Shown piece by piece: positions 27,054 through 37,582 of a stretch of DNA of 64,000 nt. Source of the stretch: an uncultured Alphaproteobacteria bacterium (GTDB taxonomy: Bacteria > Pseudomonadota > Alphaproteobacteria > Rickettsiales > UBA1997); assembly GCA_949288805.1 (NCBI GenBank), contig CASELL010000003.1, positions 1,789 through 65,788 on the forward strand, read 5' to 3'. The first letter of the stretch is position 1. Each line of letters begins with the position of its first letter. The position numbers and the translations under genes were made by a program. Below the pieces are notes generated by a model. The model was not told the origin of the DNA. It ran no database searches and worked only from the letters and a program-made list of their open reading frames with translations.

Positions 27054-29618
27054 TTATTTTCTTCTAGCCCTAACAAACTTTTCAGCTTCAGAAAATAATA
27101 TTACTATTAATGCTAAACAAAACATTACAAATATTTCTTTTATATTTAAAGCTTGTATTCTTAATATTTTGTTCATTATTAAACTATTACTTGCTATTAA
27201 ATGAATAGAAACAGCCGACAAAATACCAATTAACAATTTTTTATTTTGTTTTATACTATGTTTAAATATTGATTTTGTTTCTGATCTACTATTTAAAACT
27301 TGTAAGTTTTGTATAAATACAAATAACATTAACAATAAACTAGCAGATTTTACATGACTATAATTTAAAATATTAGTACAAGAATAGTAAACAGATATAC
27401 ATAAAACTGTAATAATTGCTATCATCCAAGTACATCTTTTTATCATTATATCATTAAATATTGGTTCTTCTGGTCTTCTAGGTTTTTGAGTCATTTCATT
27501 ACCCTCACCTCTTTCAAAAGCAAGGAATATATTTTGAACTCCCTCTGTCATTACATTTAACCATAATAATTGAGAAGCATTAAATGGAACTGGTAAACCA
27601 AACATTATTGCTAAAATATAAATAATTACTTTTGGAATACCACAAGAAACAGCAAAAAATATTACTTTTCTAATATTATTATAAACAATTCTTCCTTCTT
27701 CTACAGCATTAGTAATTGAAGCAAAATTATCATCCATTAATATAATGTCAGCACTTTCTCTTGCTATATCTGTTCCACCTTTACCCATAGCAATACCAAC
27801 ATTAGCATTTTTCAAAGCAGGCGCATCATTTACACCATCACCTGTTACGGCTACAAAATTACCATTTCTAATCAAAGATTGAACTATATCTAGTTTTTGT
27901 GTTGGTTCCATTCTTGAATAAACTCTAGTAGATTTTGTCAAATTATCCAATTCTTCTTCGCCTTTATTTTTAGCTTCTTTAACATCAAGTCCAGTTTTTA
28001 CTTCTTTTTGAGTTTTAACAAAACCAAGTTGATTTGATATAGCAAAAGCAGTTTTAGGACTATCTCCTGTAATCATAGCTATTTTTATACCTGCTTTTTG
28101 ACATTCTTCAACAGCGCTTTTTGCTTCTGGTCTTAATGGATCTAACATAGAAACAAGAGATACAAAATTAATATTTTTTATATCTTCAAGACTATATTCT
28201 TTCTTTTCAATAATCTCACCACAACCCAAAGCCAATACTCTCATACCATTATTAGATAATTCTTCTAATTTATTTAAAACATTAGAATAATTAACATCTT
28301 CCTTACACATTGATAAAATTGTTTCAGGCGCTCCCTTAACAAAAGCATAATTTTTACCATTAATTTTATTAATACTAGCAGAACATCTAGCATCAGAAGT
28401 ATAATAAAATAATTTTATTCTTTCAAATGTATCAAGTATTTTTTTAAAATTATAACCTTTTCTTTCTACATATTGTAAAAAAGCGATATCAACAGCATCT
28501 CCAAAGAAATCATCTCCTTCACAATTTGATTCGTTAGGTAAAACAGCACATAAAACACCTAATTCTTCAAGATTTAAATTATTAAAATTACTTTCTTTAA
28601 TTTCTTCTTTATTTATAATTGATAAATCAACACTAGAACCATCTAAATTATAAACCTCTACAACCTGCATTTTATTTTGAGTTAAAGTTCCTGTTTTATC
28701 AGAAGCAATAACTGTACAAGAACCAAGAGCCTCAACAGCAGAAAGATTTCTAACAACTACATTTCTTTTTGCCATATTTATCATACCAATAGACAATGTA
28801 ATTGTAATTGTAATTGGCAACCCCTCCGGAATAGCAGCAACAGCAAGACTAACTGCCATTAAAAATGTTTCAGTAGCATTGTCTCCTCTTAATATCGCAG
28901 CAATTATAATTATAACAACGGCTACACCTATAATTAAAGTGAACATTTTAGAAAAACTTTCCATTCTAACAACTAATGGAGTTTCTGCTTCAGATTTTTG
29001 AGTAATTTTATCGGCAATCTTTCCCATTTCAGTATTTATACCAGTAGCCTTTACTATACCTTTTGCTACACCTTTTGTAATAATTGTTCCAGCAAAAAGT
29101 TCATTAAACTTTTCTTGTATTTGACAACCATCTTTTTGTTTATAATTAGCATCTTTTTTAACTACTTCACTTTCACCTGTTAACATTGATTCGTTAACTT
29201 CAAGATTTTCACTTTCAATTAAAGTAATATCAGCAGGAACTTTGGCACCATCTTTTAAAATAACTAAATCACCATTAACAAGATATTTAGCCTCTATTTC
29301 CATTTCATAACCATCACGAACAACAACTGCTTTTGACACAACCATATTTTTTAATGAATCAGCGGACTTTTGGGCAGAATATTCTTGAATACAACCTATT
29401 AAAGAATTAATTGATAATATTATAAATATAAAAATACCATCAGAATATTCTTTTAAAAATATTGATATACAACCACCAAAAAGTAAAATATAAATTAATG
29501 GATCACAAAATTGTTTTAAAAAAGTAATTAATATATGTTCTTTTTTAATTTGTGGTAATTCATTTAAACCATTCTTTTCAAGTTTTATTTTTGCTTCTTC
29601 ACTAGTTAATCCAATCAT
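27054..29618 (-). CDS. P-type cation-transporting ATPase, type IIA (Ca2+/SERCA-like)
   Basis: 854 aa with TGES, IPEGLP, DKTGTLT, TGDGVNDAPALK motifs and about 10 TM segments. Confidence 0.9.
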   Translation of the reverse strand: MIGLTSEEAKIKLEKNGLNELPQIKKEHILITFLKQFCDPLIYILLFGGCISIFLKEYSDGIFIFIILSINSLIGCIQEYSAQKSADSLKNMVVSKAVVVRDGYEMEIEAKYLVNGDLVILKDGAKVPADITLIESENLEVNESMLTGESEVVKKDANYKQKDGCQIQEKFNELFAGTIITKGVAKGIVKATGINTEMGKIADKITQKSEAETPLVVRMESFSKMFTLIIGVAVVIIIIAAILRGDNATETFLMAVSLAVAAIPEGLPITITITLSIGMINMAKRNVVVRNLSAVEALGSCTVIASDKTGTLTQNKMQVVEVYNLDGSSVDLSIINKEEIKESNFNNLNLEELGVLCAVLPNESNCEGDDFFGDAVDIAFLQYVERKGYNFKKILDTFERIKLFYYTSDARCSASINKINGKNYAFVKGAPETILSMCKEDVNYSNVLNKLEELSNNGMRVLALGCGEIIEKKEYSLEDIKNINFVSLVSMLDPLRPEAKSAVEECQKAGIKIAMITGDSPKTAFAISNQLGFVKTQKEVKTGLDVKEAKNKGEEELDNLTKSTRVYSRMEPTQKLDIVQSLIRNGNFVAVTGDGVNDAPALKNANVGIAMGKGGTDIARESADIILMDDNFASITNAVEEGRIVYNNIRKVIFFAVSCGIPKVIIYILAIMFGLPVPFNASQLLWLNVMTEGVQNIFLAFERGEGNEMTQKPRRPEEPIFNDIMIKRCTWMIAIITVLCISVYYSCTNILNYSHVKSASLLLMLFVFIQNLQVLNSRSETKSIFKHSIKQNKKLLIGILSAVSIHLIASNSLIMNKILRIQALNIKEIFVMFCLALIVILFSEAEKFVRARRK

Positions 29619-29635
29619 ACTATCTCCTTTATAAA

Positions 29636-30403
29636 TTAATTGAAATATTTTAAGTTTAATTCATTTACTGCTTCTTTTGGAATAAAATCCAATATAATAA
29701 TTGTTTGCTGTGTTTTCTTAATTTCATCTTCCACATTTATATTTGTATTTGTATTATTTATTTGGTCAACTCTATCATTTAATGTTTTATTTATTTCTGC
29801 TATGTCTTCTTTATCGATCGTATTAAACAATTTATCCACTGTTATACTAGTCTTATAACCAACCTTTTTGTTTATCAACAGGTCGTAGTAAATATTATCT
29901 TTTTTGGTCATTTTTATAAAAAAATTTATAGCTCCATCACCAATAGTTGGTTTTTCGTTTTCTTTAAGAAAATCTGTTTCTAAACTAATATAAATATAAT
30001 CTCCATCCTTTACTCTTCTGTTAAGATCTATTTTATTATTTTTTAATCTATCTTTATATATCTCATCAAGCCTATATAAAACAAGAAATAAATTAGTAGT
30101 ATTTTCTATATTTTCTTCTTCTTTGTTTTGTTCTACTTGAATCTCTTTTTTCACAATCTCTTTATCTGTCAATGAATCTTTTTTATTATTTAAAGTTTCT
30201 TTCTTTTTATCTTCGTTAAATATAAATTCAAGATCTTTTTTGTCTTTTGTTTTTAGTGTTTTAATAACATCTTTAGCTTTCTCTTTATCTATATATTGTT
30301 CTTTAGCTCCTATTATAATTAAAGTCATAAATACAATAAAACCAATTAAAAATCTAATACTTTTTCTAGATAATAAATCAAATATAATTTTTAATATTTT
30401 CAT
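29636..30403 (-). CDS. Hypothetical membrane-anchored Lys/Glu-rich protein
   Basis: 255 aa with one N-terminal TM segment and a charged low-complexity region. No recognisable motif. Confidence 0.5.
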   Translation of the reverse strand: MKILKIIFDLLSRKSIRFLIGFIVFMTLIIIGAKEQYIDKEKAKDVIKTLKTKDKKDLEFIFNEDKKKETLNNKKDSLTDKEIVKKEIQVEQNKEEENIENTTNLFLVLYRLDEIYKDRLKNNKIDLNRRVKDGDYIYISLETDFLKENEKPTIGDGAINFFIKMTKKDNIYYDLLINKKVGYKTSITVDKLFNTIDKEDIAEINKTLNDRVDQINNTNTNINVEDEIKKTQQTIIILDFIPKEAVNELNLKYFN

Positions 30404-30412
30404 ATAACCTCC

Positions 30413-31159
30413 TTATTCAAGATTTTCATTTAATTCTAATATTCTATCTAATAAACTAGTTTCAACACCCTGTTCTTTATTAATCTGATCGTTTATTTTT
30501 TTTAACTCACCAAGATTATTTAACATAGATATTCTTTCTAATCTTCTGCTTTCAATTTGCTCTTCTGTGTCTCCTTCATAATTATAATTTAAATCTTGCA
30601 TTAATATCATTTTAACAATTTTATCTGGATCTTTAACTATACCATTTTGATCATCCGTTGATGACTTTAAATTATCTATTAATTCCATACCTCCAATTAC
30701 TTGACCCCATATAGTATATTCACCATCAAGATGAGGGGCATAATCACTTGTTACTATAAAAAATTGACTGTCAGCACTATTTATATCAGAAGCTCTAGCC
30801 ATAGAAACCATACCTCTTGTATGTTTTAAATCATTTATTTCAGCGTACATTTTACCAAACTTACTACCACCTGTTCCTGTATTAGTTGGATCTCCAGTTT
30901 GAGCTATAAAATCATCTATTACTCTAAAAAAACCAAGACCATCATAAAACCCTTCCCTAATTAATAATTTTACTCTGTAAACATGTCCAGGGGCCTTATC
31001 AGGAAAAGTATTTATAACAACAACTCCATCTTCTAACTCCATTAATATTAAATCATTTAATTCAATATCTTTTGAAATATTATATGTAGCTGCTTTAGAA
31101 TTGGCTAATAAAAATATGTTTATAAAAAATAAAATCAATAAATATCTAGTTATTTTCAT
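30413..31159 (-). CDS. Cyclophilin-type peptidyl-prolyl cis-trans isomerase, secreted
   Basis: The likely start is the internal Met [12 protein letters not shown] (31157-31159), preceded by aggag. It has a signal peptide, FFRVIDDFIAQTGDP and SQFFIV motifs. The start overlaps the ftsH 3' end by 14 nt. Confidence 0.88.
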   Translation of the reverse strand: MKITRYLLILFFINIFLLANSKAATYNISKDIELNDLILMELEDGVVVINTFPDKAPGHVYRVKLLIREGFYDGLGFFRVIDDFIAQTGDPTNTGTGGSKFGKMYAEINDLKHTRGMVSMARASDINSADSQFFIVTSDYAPHLDGEYTIWGQVIGGMELIDNLKSSTDDQNGIVKDPDKIVKMILMQDLNYNYEGDTEEQIESRRLERISMLNNLGELKKINDQINKEQGVETSLLDRILELNENLE

Positions 31160-33035
31160 TATTGTCTCCTTTAAAAGTTGTAGCAAACAAAGAGGAATGT
31201 AAAGAGTTATCAACTTCTGCTTTATTCTCGTCCACTCTAATTTCTTCACCATTAATAAGTTTTTTAATTTCATCACCTGTTAATGTTTCATATTTTAATA
31301 AAGCATTAGCTATAATATCTAATTTATCTCTATTATCAAGTAAAATCTGTTTTGCCCTATCTTTTGCTCTTTGTATAGTATTTTTAACTTCTTCATCAAT
31401 TAATTTTAAAGTTTCATTAGATGCAGCTTCAAAACCATAACCGTTTTCATTTTGTAATTTATCAGCAAAATAAACAGGCCCAACTTTATCATTCATACCC
31501 CAACTAACTACCATATTTTTAGCATAGTAAGTAGCACCTTTAATATCACTCAAAGCACCAGCAGTAATTTTGTCTTCACCAAATACAACTTCTTCTGCTG
31601 CCCTACCACCCATTGATATAGTAATATCATCAATAATACTAGCCTTAGTCATTGTTGTGTAGTGTTTATCATTTTCAGGAAGTCTAGCAACATAACCACC
31701 AGCACCACCTCTTGATATAATTGTTGCTTTATAAATAGGATCAGTATTTTCACAATTTAAAGTAACAAGAGCATGTCCTGCTTCATGATAAGCTATTAAT
31801 TTAGTTTCTTCTTCTTTTTTAACTTTGCTTTGATTCTTTACACCCATTACAACTCTTTCTTTAGCCTCTTCAATTTCATCATTTGTAATTACTTTTTTAT
31901 TTAACCTAGCAGCAAGAAGTCCTGCTTCGTTAATTATATTTGCTAATTCAGCACCACTAAAATTAGGAGTAGATTTAGCAATAGATTTTAAATCTACATT
32001 AGGAGCCATTTTAACCTTTTTAGCATGAACTTTTAAAATCTCTTCTCTACCTTTAACGTCAGGAAGTTGTACTCTAATTTGTCTATCAAATCTCCCTGGT
32101 CTTAGTAAAGCTTTATCTAAAACATCTTCTCTATTAGTCGCAGCAATTACAATAACCCCTTCATTACCCTCAAAACCATCCATTTCAACTAACAATTGAT
32201 TTAAAGTTTGTTCTCTTTCGTCGTTTCCACCACCAATACCAACACCTCTATGTCTACCCACAGCATCTATTTCATCAATAAATACTAGACAAGGAGCATT
32301 CTTTTTTGCCTCACTAAACATATCTCTAACCCTACTAGCACCTACACCAACAAACATTTCAACAAAATCAGAACCAGATATAAAGTAAAAAGGCACATTT
32401 GCTTCACCTGCTATTGCTTTTGCCAATAATGTTTTACCAGTTCCAGGAGAACCAATTAATAAACAACCCCTAGGTATTTTAGCACCAATTTCAGTATATT
32501 TTTCAGGATCTTTTAAAAAATCTACTATTTCAGTTAATTCTTCTTTTGCTTCATCAATACCAGCAACATCAGCGAAAGTAACTTTACCTTTTACTTGTAG
32601 TAATTTTGCCTTTGATTTAGCAAAACTAAATGGACTTGTAGCTCCATCTTTTGAAGAAAATCTAAAAAAATAAAATCCAAATAACAATAACAAAGGAAAC
32701 CAACCCAATAAGAAATCACTTAAAAAAGAGCCTTTATTAGATGGTTGTGAAACCTTTACTTCTCCACCAGATTTTAGTATTTTATCCATAAAGCCTTCTT
32801 GGCTTAAAATATAAGCACCGTATGTTGAAATTTTTTCGCCGTTTTTTTTCTCAGCTAAAACATCGTTTCCTTTTAATTCTACAAGTTTTATCTCTTTGTT
32901 ATCTACATTAGTAACAAATTCAGAAAAAGATATTTTTTTATAACCAGTATTTTGGGTTTCAAAAAAAGTCGAAAAAAAATAAATAACTATAAATATTAAA
33001 ACCCACAATAAAAAATTGTTTTTTCCTTTTTTCAT
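31146..33035 (-). CDS. ftsH: ATP-dependent zinc metalloprotease FtsH
   Basis: 629 aa with Walker A GSPGTGKT, the SRH region and the HEAGHA zinc motif. Confidence 0.97.
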   Translation of the reverse strand: MKKGKNNFLLWVLIFIVIYFFSTFFETQNTGYKKISFSEFVTNVDNKEIKLVELKGNDVLAEKKNGEKISTYGAYILSQEGFMDKILKSGGEVKVSQPSNKGSFLSDFLLGWFPLLLLFGFYFFRFSSKDGATSPFSFAKSKAKLLQVKGKVTFADVAGIDEAKEELTEIVDFLKDPEKYTEIGAKIPRGCLLIGSPGTGKTLLAKAIAGEANVPFYFISGSDFVEMFVGVGASRVRDMFSEAKKNAPCLVFIDEIDAVGRHRGVGIGGGNDEREQTLNQLLVEMDGFEGNEGVIVIAATNREDVLDKALLRPGRFDRQIRVQLPDVKGREEILKVHAKKVKMAPNVDLKSIAKSTPNFSGAELANIINEAGLLAARLNKKVITNDEIEEAKERVVMGVKNQSKVKKEEETKLIAYHEAGHALVTLNCENTDPIYKATIISRGGAGGYVARLPENDKHYTTMTKASIIDDITISMGGRAAEEVVFGEDKITAGALSDIKGATYYAKNMVVSWGMNDKVGPVYFADKLQNENGYGFEAASNETLKLIDEEVKNTIQRAKDRAKQILLDNRDKLDIIANALLKYETLTGDEIKKLINGEEIRVDENKAEVDNSLHSSLFATTFKGDNNENN

Positions 33036-33157
33036 TTTTTCACAAAAATATTAATTATATTGAATAATAAAAAAATAATATAAAAAAACAAGAAAAAAAT
33101 TTATTTACTTTTTTAAATAAACAAATATTATAAAAATATACAACAAATATTTTTTTT

Positions 33158-33541
33158 ATGAAAAAAAACAATATGATATATAAATGTAGTGTTTGTGGTA
33201 ATGTAATTGCCATTAATCACTTTGGAGGAGGCAAATTAGTATGTTGTAATAAAGAAATGTTTCTTTTGGACGAAAAAACAAAAGATGGGGCTAACGAAAA
33301 ACATCTCCCAGTATTAACAAAAATAGATGATAATACCTATAAAGTTGTTGTTGGAGAAGTTGAACATCCAATGACAGAAGAACATTATATAGAATACATT
33401 GAAGTTCTTACAGACAAAAATGAAAGGCTTACATCTTTTATAAAAGATAAACCAGAAGCAATATTTAAAACAGAAAACAAAATAGTTAGTGTTTCTTCAT
33501 ATTGTAATCTTCATGGTTTATGGACTTTAAATATTAAATAA
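33158..33541 (+). CDS. dfx: Desulfoferrodoxin (2Fe superoxide reductase)
   Basis: 127 aa. The N-terminal desulforedoxin motif is CSVCGN...VCCNKEM. Center II ligands are EKHLPV, HPMTEEHYIEYI and CNLHGLW. Confidence 0.92.
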   Translation: MKKNNMIYKCSVCGNVIAINHFGGGKLVCCNKEMFLLDEKTKDGANEKHLPVLTKIDDNTYKVVVGEVEHPMTEEHYIEYIEVLTDKNERLTSFIKDKPEAIFKTENKIVSVSSYCNLHGLWTLNIK

Positions 33542-33559
33542 GAATTAGAAACAGATAAT

Positions 33560-34015
33560 TTATTTATCTGTTTCTCCATATCTATTTGCCTCAGGATCTC
33601 CCTTTTTCAAAAAAACATAGAGCATGTATACAAAAAACATTATTTGTATAATTAAAATTGACAATAAAACCGAAAGACTTTTTATTTTATCGCTTATAGC
33701 AAGAATATATAGCATAAAACTCAATATAAATGGAAACAAATACACAAAAAAGAATAATTTTGTGCTTTTATTGGAATCGTGAAATCTTCTTACAGCAACA
33801 GATAGTCCAGGTATAAACAATATTAAAGAATAAATTGTATATAATATGTTTAGGGTTGTAATTTTTGATATGAGTAATACAAATATTGCCACTATAATAG
33901 AAGATAATGTAAATAACCAAAAGTTCTTTCTACTACATCTTCCTTTAAAATCAAAACAATTTTTAAAAGTTTTTATATATATGTTATATAAAGTTATAAA
34001 AAAATTTTTTATCAT
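33560..34015 (-). CDS. DUF805 family inner-membrane protein
   Basis: 151 aa. FKGRCSRKNFWLF and VRRFHDSNKS are hallmark DUF805 motifs. Confidence 0.8.
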   Translation of the reverse strand: MIKNFFITLYNIYIKTFKNCFDFKGRCSRKNFWLFTLSSIIVAIFVLLISKITTLNILYTIYSLILFIPGLSVAVRRFHDSNKSTKLFFFVYLFPFILSFMLYILAISDKIKSLSVLLSILIIQIMFFVYMLYVFLKKGDPEANRYGETDK

Positions 34016-34151
34016 AATTATAATAGTTTTTTCTTAAATAATATTTTATTAGTTTAAAAATACAAGAGAAATATTTATATTAAATATTGACTTTTAAAAA
34101 TATAGTTTTATTAATATATATTGTAATTGATATATATTAATTTTACTATAT

Positions 34152-34742
34152 ATGGGGGTTATTATGAACAAAATAGAAAATGTAAAAGAATTTGTTGAAA
34201 AAATGGATCAAGCAAAAAAAGTAAATCCAAAAGATCTATCTTCAGATCAAGATTTAACAATAGGTATAATGAACTTAATATCAATAGAAGAACATTTAAT
34301 GTTTTCTGGTGCTAAAACTGGTAAAAACTCTTTTTATGATTTAATTGAAGGTATTAGAGAATTAAGAAAGAAATTAATGCAAAAAGTTATTCCTGCTTAT
34401 GAAGGTGAGGTTTGGTGTATATCTAAACATCTGTTATCTTCATCTATGAGATTAATGGAAGTTGGAACTAAACAATTATCGTTAGGAAATAAAAAAGAAG
34501 CCTATGAATTATTTGATGAATCATATAACTTATATTGTATGTTTTGGGGTTTAAATATGAATATGATAAATGTTGATGACGTGAAATGGATTGAAGATAG
34601 TAAAGAAGATATAAAAAACATTAGAGATAAAATAGAAATCATAGATGATAAAGATATTAAAGTTGAAAAAAAAGAAGAAGATGGAGCTATTTCAAAAATG
34701 AAAAACTTTGTAAAAAAAGCTGTTAATTGTTGTATAGAATAG
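34152..34742 (+). CDS. Hypothetical protein (196 aa) ending in a polybasic stretch plus CCIE
   Basis: Clean ORF. The alternative start at 34164 is preceded by a ggggg SD-like run. No recognisable family. The C-terminus is ...KMKNFVKKAVNCCIE. Confidence 0.55.
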   Translation: MGVIMNKIENVKEFVEKMDQAKKVNPKDLSSDQDLTIGIMNLISIEEHLMFSGAKTGKNSFYDLIEGIRELRKKLMQKVIPAYEGEVWCISKHLLSSSMRLMEVGTKQLSLGNKKEAYELFDESYNLYCMFWGLNMNMINVDDVKWIEDSKEDIKNIRDKIEIIDDKDIKVEKKEEDGAISKMKNFVKKAVNCCIE

Positions 34743-34750
34743 GAGTTTTT

Positions 34751-35101
34751 ATGAAAAAATATTTATTATTATTGTTTTTATTTTTTAGTACTTCTGTTTT
34801 CGCAGAAAATATGTCTCGTATAAAAGAGGTAGTGATATTTTCCCAACCTTGTTTTTATTGTGAAAAGTTAAAAACTTGGTTAAAAGAAAGTAAAGTAGAA
34901 GAAAAATATCCAGATGTAAAGTTTACAATTTTAGATATACAAGAAAGAAAAAATTATAATCTTTTACTACAAAAAATTAAAGAATATAATATTGATGGAG
35001 ATAGAGTTGGAATGCCATTAATTTTTGTTGGTAAAAACTATATAATGGGTTGGTCAGAATCATACTATCAAATATTCGATAATTATATAAAACAACTTTA
35101 A
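34751..35101 (+). CDS. Secreted thioredoxin-fold protein with a CxxC motif
   Basis: The ATG at 34751 is preceded by aggag. It has the signal peptide MKKYLLLLFLFFSTSVFA, then VVIFSQPCFYCEKL (CxxC) and a MPLIFVG-type cis-Pro region. Confidence 0.7.
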   Translation: MKKYLLLLFLFFSTSVFAENMSRIKEVVIFSQPCFYCEKLKTWLKESKVEEKYPDVKFTILDIQERKNYNLLLQKIKEYNIDGDRVGMPLIFVGKNYIMGWSESYYQIFDNYIKQL

Positions 35102-35298
35102 TTAAGATTTTTGTCCTCTGGAAAAAGAAAAGATTTGGTATTAGATTTTTCATCAGGATCGGTAAGATAGTATTTGGCTATCATCATTATTTCCTTTCTG
35201 TTTGATTCGTCTTCAATCTTTTCTTCCTCTTCCTTTAAAGAAGTATTTTTTTTATCTGAATTTTTATTTTTAAAAAAACCAAATATTCCCATAATCAA
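35098..35298 (-). CDS. Small hypothetical protein (66 aa)
   Basis: It is an ORF only, charged, with no motif. It lies between convergent genes. Confidence 0.3.
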   Translation of the reverse strand: MIMGIFGFFKNKNSDKKNTSLKEEEEKIEDESNRKEIMMIAKYYLTDPDEKSNTKSFLFPEDKNLN

Positions 35299-35352
35299 TA
35301 AAAAAATTCTCTAAAAGAATATTAATTACATTTTTTATAATGTCAACAAACA

Positions 35353-37509
35353 TTAACATATATCAACAAAACTCTTTAAAATTACTTTCTCACCACATTT
35401 TTCAAAAACTATAGTTAACTTGTCTCCATCTTCTTTTTTAATATAACCATAACCAAACTTATTGTGAAAACATTTTTTTAATTGAGTATTAATGGTTGTA
35501 ATATTCAAGCTGTTAGAATAGTTACTATAATTATCATAATTACTATAATCATTATTATATTGATCATATTTATTGTATTGATAATAATTACTATAATTAT
35601 TTTCTATAACATTATCAATAATTTCTACACTATCACTATTTTTTATTTCCTTTAAAAACTCTGATTCTTCTATATTTATTAAGGTATCACCATCATATTT
35701 ATATCTTGAATTACTAATATATAATCTCCTTTTTGCTCTTGTTATAGCAACATAAGCCAATCTTCTTTCTTCTTCTATATGTCCTTCTTCAACAGATTTG
35801 GGACTTGGAAAAACTCCTTCTTGCCAATTAGGTAAAAATACATTGTCAAATTCAAGTCCTTTTGCAGAATGTATAGTCATAATATTTACAGCATCTATGA
35901 TTTTTCTTTCGTTATTATCATTAACTAGACTAGTATATTCTAAAAAATCGCTTATATTATCAAAATCATTCAAAGTATTTAAAAACTCATCAATGTTTTC
36001 ATTTTTATTTTTTATCTCATCATCTTTTTCTAAAAACTCTTTATACTTTATTGTTTTTAAAACCATATCCATTAAATCTTTTAGTTTTGTTGTTTTACTA
36101 ATATTAGACCAATAATTAATATTTTTTATAAAATTGATTATTTCAATTGAATTTTTGCCTTTTATAGTTCCATTAGAAACACAATATTCAGCAGATTTTA
36201 AATAAGATAAGTTATTTTTTATTGAAAAGTTTTTAATTTTATCAATAGTTGATAGCCCTATTCCTCTCTTTGGAGTGTTTATAATTCTTTCAAAGGCAAG
36301 ATTATCTTCTTTATTATTAATTAATCTTAAATAAGCTATACAATCTTTTATTTCTTTTCTTTCATAAAACTTTAACCCACCAATTATAATATAAGGTATT
36401 TCATATTTTAAAAAAATATCTTCTATAATTCTAGTTTGATAACTTGCTCTAACAAGTATGGCAAAATCTTTATAATTAATATTATCTTTCTTTTTTAATT
36501 GTTCTATTTCGTTTGCTATATTTATAGATTCTTTTTTTACATCGTTTGAGTTTATAATTATTACTTTATCGTTATAATCTTTAATATTTGTATATAATTT
36601 TTTTTCGTGTCTGTTTTTATTATTTGATATAACATTATGAGCCACATTTAAAATATTTTGTGTAGATCTATAATTTCTTTCAAGTTTAAATATTTTAGCA
36701 TTTTTAAAATCTTTTTTAAAATCTAAAATGTTTTTTATTTCTGCCCCTCTCCAACCATAAATAGATTGATCATCATCTCCAACACAAGTAATATTTATAT
36801 TGTTTTTATTATCTTCAAGGCCAGATATTAACTTTAATAAAGTATTTTGTATTTTATTTATATCTTGATATTCATCTATTAATATATATTTAAACTTATT
36901 AGAATAATACTCTCTAATGTCTTTATGTTCTGTTAATAATTTTATTGTATACAATAATAAATCTGAAAAATCACACATGTTTTCTTTTTTAAGTCTTTCA
37001 TTATATAAATCAAAAACTTCATTAAACTTATACAATTCATCTGTATTATACTTTATTTTTTCTTTAATTTTTGATATAACTTCAACATAATATTTTGTAG
37101 AAAACTCTTTTGAGTCTATATCCAATTCTTTAAATATTTGTTTTACTATACTATTCTGTTCACTTGTATCTATTATCAAAAAATTAGTATCTAATCCTAT
37201 TAAATTACCGTTTTGTCTTAATATTCTAGCACATATAGAATGAAACGTTCCTAACCACATAGAATTAACATCAAGTCCAGTCATTAAAGCAGTTCTTTCT
37301 TTAATTTCATTGCCTGCCTTGTTTGTAAATGTTAAAGCTAATATTTGAGATGGAAAAGCAAGATTTGATTTTATAATGTAAGCTATTTTTGAAGTTAAAA
37401 CTCTTGTTTTACCAGTTCCAGCACCTGCTAATACTAGTGTAGGCCCTTCTGTATTTATAACAGCATCTAATTGTTCTTTATTTAAGTTATTAAGTATTGT
37501 ATCCATCAT
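35353..37509 (-). CDS. uvrD: UvrD/Rep-family DNA helicase
   Basis: 718 aa with motif I AGAGTGKT, DEYQD, GDDDQSIYGWRGA and a C-terminal Tudor-like HNKFGYGYI...V.F. An Asn/Tyr-rich insertion precedes the C-terminal domain. Confidence 0.93.
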   Translation of the reverse strand: MMDTILNNLNKEQLDAVINTEGPTLVLAGAGTGKTRVLTSKIAYIIKSNLAFPSQILALTFTNKAGNEIKERTALMTGLDVNSMWLGTFHSICARILRQNGNLIGLDTNFLIIDTSEQNSIVKQIFKELDIDSKEFSTKYYVEVISKIKEKIKYNTDELYKFNEVFDLYNERLKKENMCDFSDLLLYTIKLLTEHKDIREYYSNKFKYILIDEYQDINKIQNTLLKLISGLEDNKNNINITCVGDDDQSIYGWRGAEIKNILDFKKDFKNAKIFKLERNYRSTQNILNVAHNVISNNKNRHEKKLYTNIKDYNDKVIIINSNDVKKESINIANEIEQLKKKDNINYKDFAILVRASYQTRIIEDIFLKYEIPYIIIGGLKFYERKEIKDCIAYLRLINNKEDNLAFERIINTPKRGIGLSTIDKIKNFSIKNNLSYLKSAEYCVSNGTIKGKNSIEIINFIKNINYWSNISKTTKLKDLMDMVLKTIKYKEFLEKDDEIKNKNENIDEFLNTLNDFDNISDFLEYTSLVNDNNERKIIDAVNIMTIHSAKGLEFDNVFLPNWQEGVFPSPKSVEEGHIEEERRLAYVAITRAKRRLYISNSRYKYDGDTLINIEESEFLKEIKNSDSVEIIDNVIENNYSNYYQYNKYDQYNNDYSNYDNYSNYSNSLNITTINTQLKKCFHNKFGYGYIKKEDGDKLTIVFEKCGEKVILKSFVDIC

Positions 37510-37582
37510 AAAAATATAAATATTTAATATAACTTTATTAAATATTTTTAAATAATCAATAATTTATTCTTACCTCAAATAA

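Noticed and set aside
31160-31276. 39-codon N-terminal extension of the cyclophilin ORF (track start 31276)
   Set aside because: The extension overlaps the ftsH coding end and has no signal-peptide character. The internal Met at 31157-31159 has an aggag SD and starts a proper signal peptide.
34727-34750. TTG start proposed by the track for the thioredoxin-like ORF
   Set aside because: It overlaps the upstream gene's last codons. The ATG at 34751 with an aggag SD gives a canonical signal peptide.
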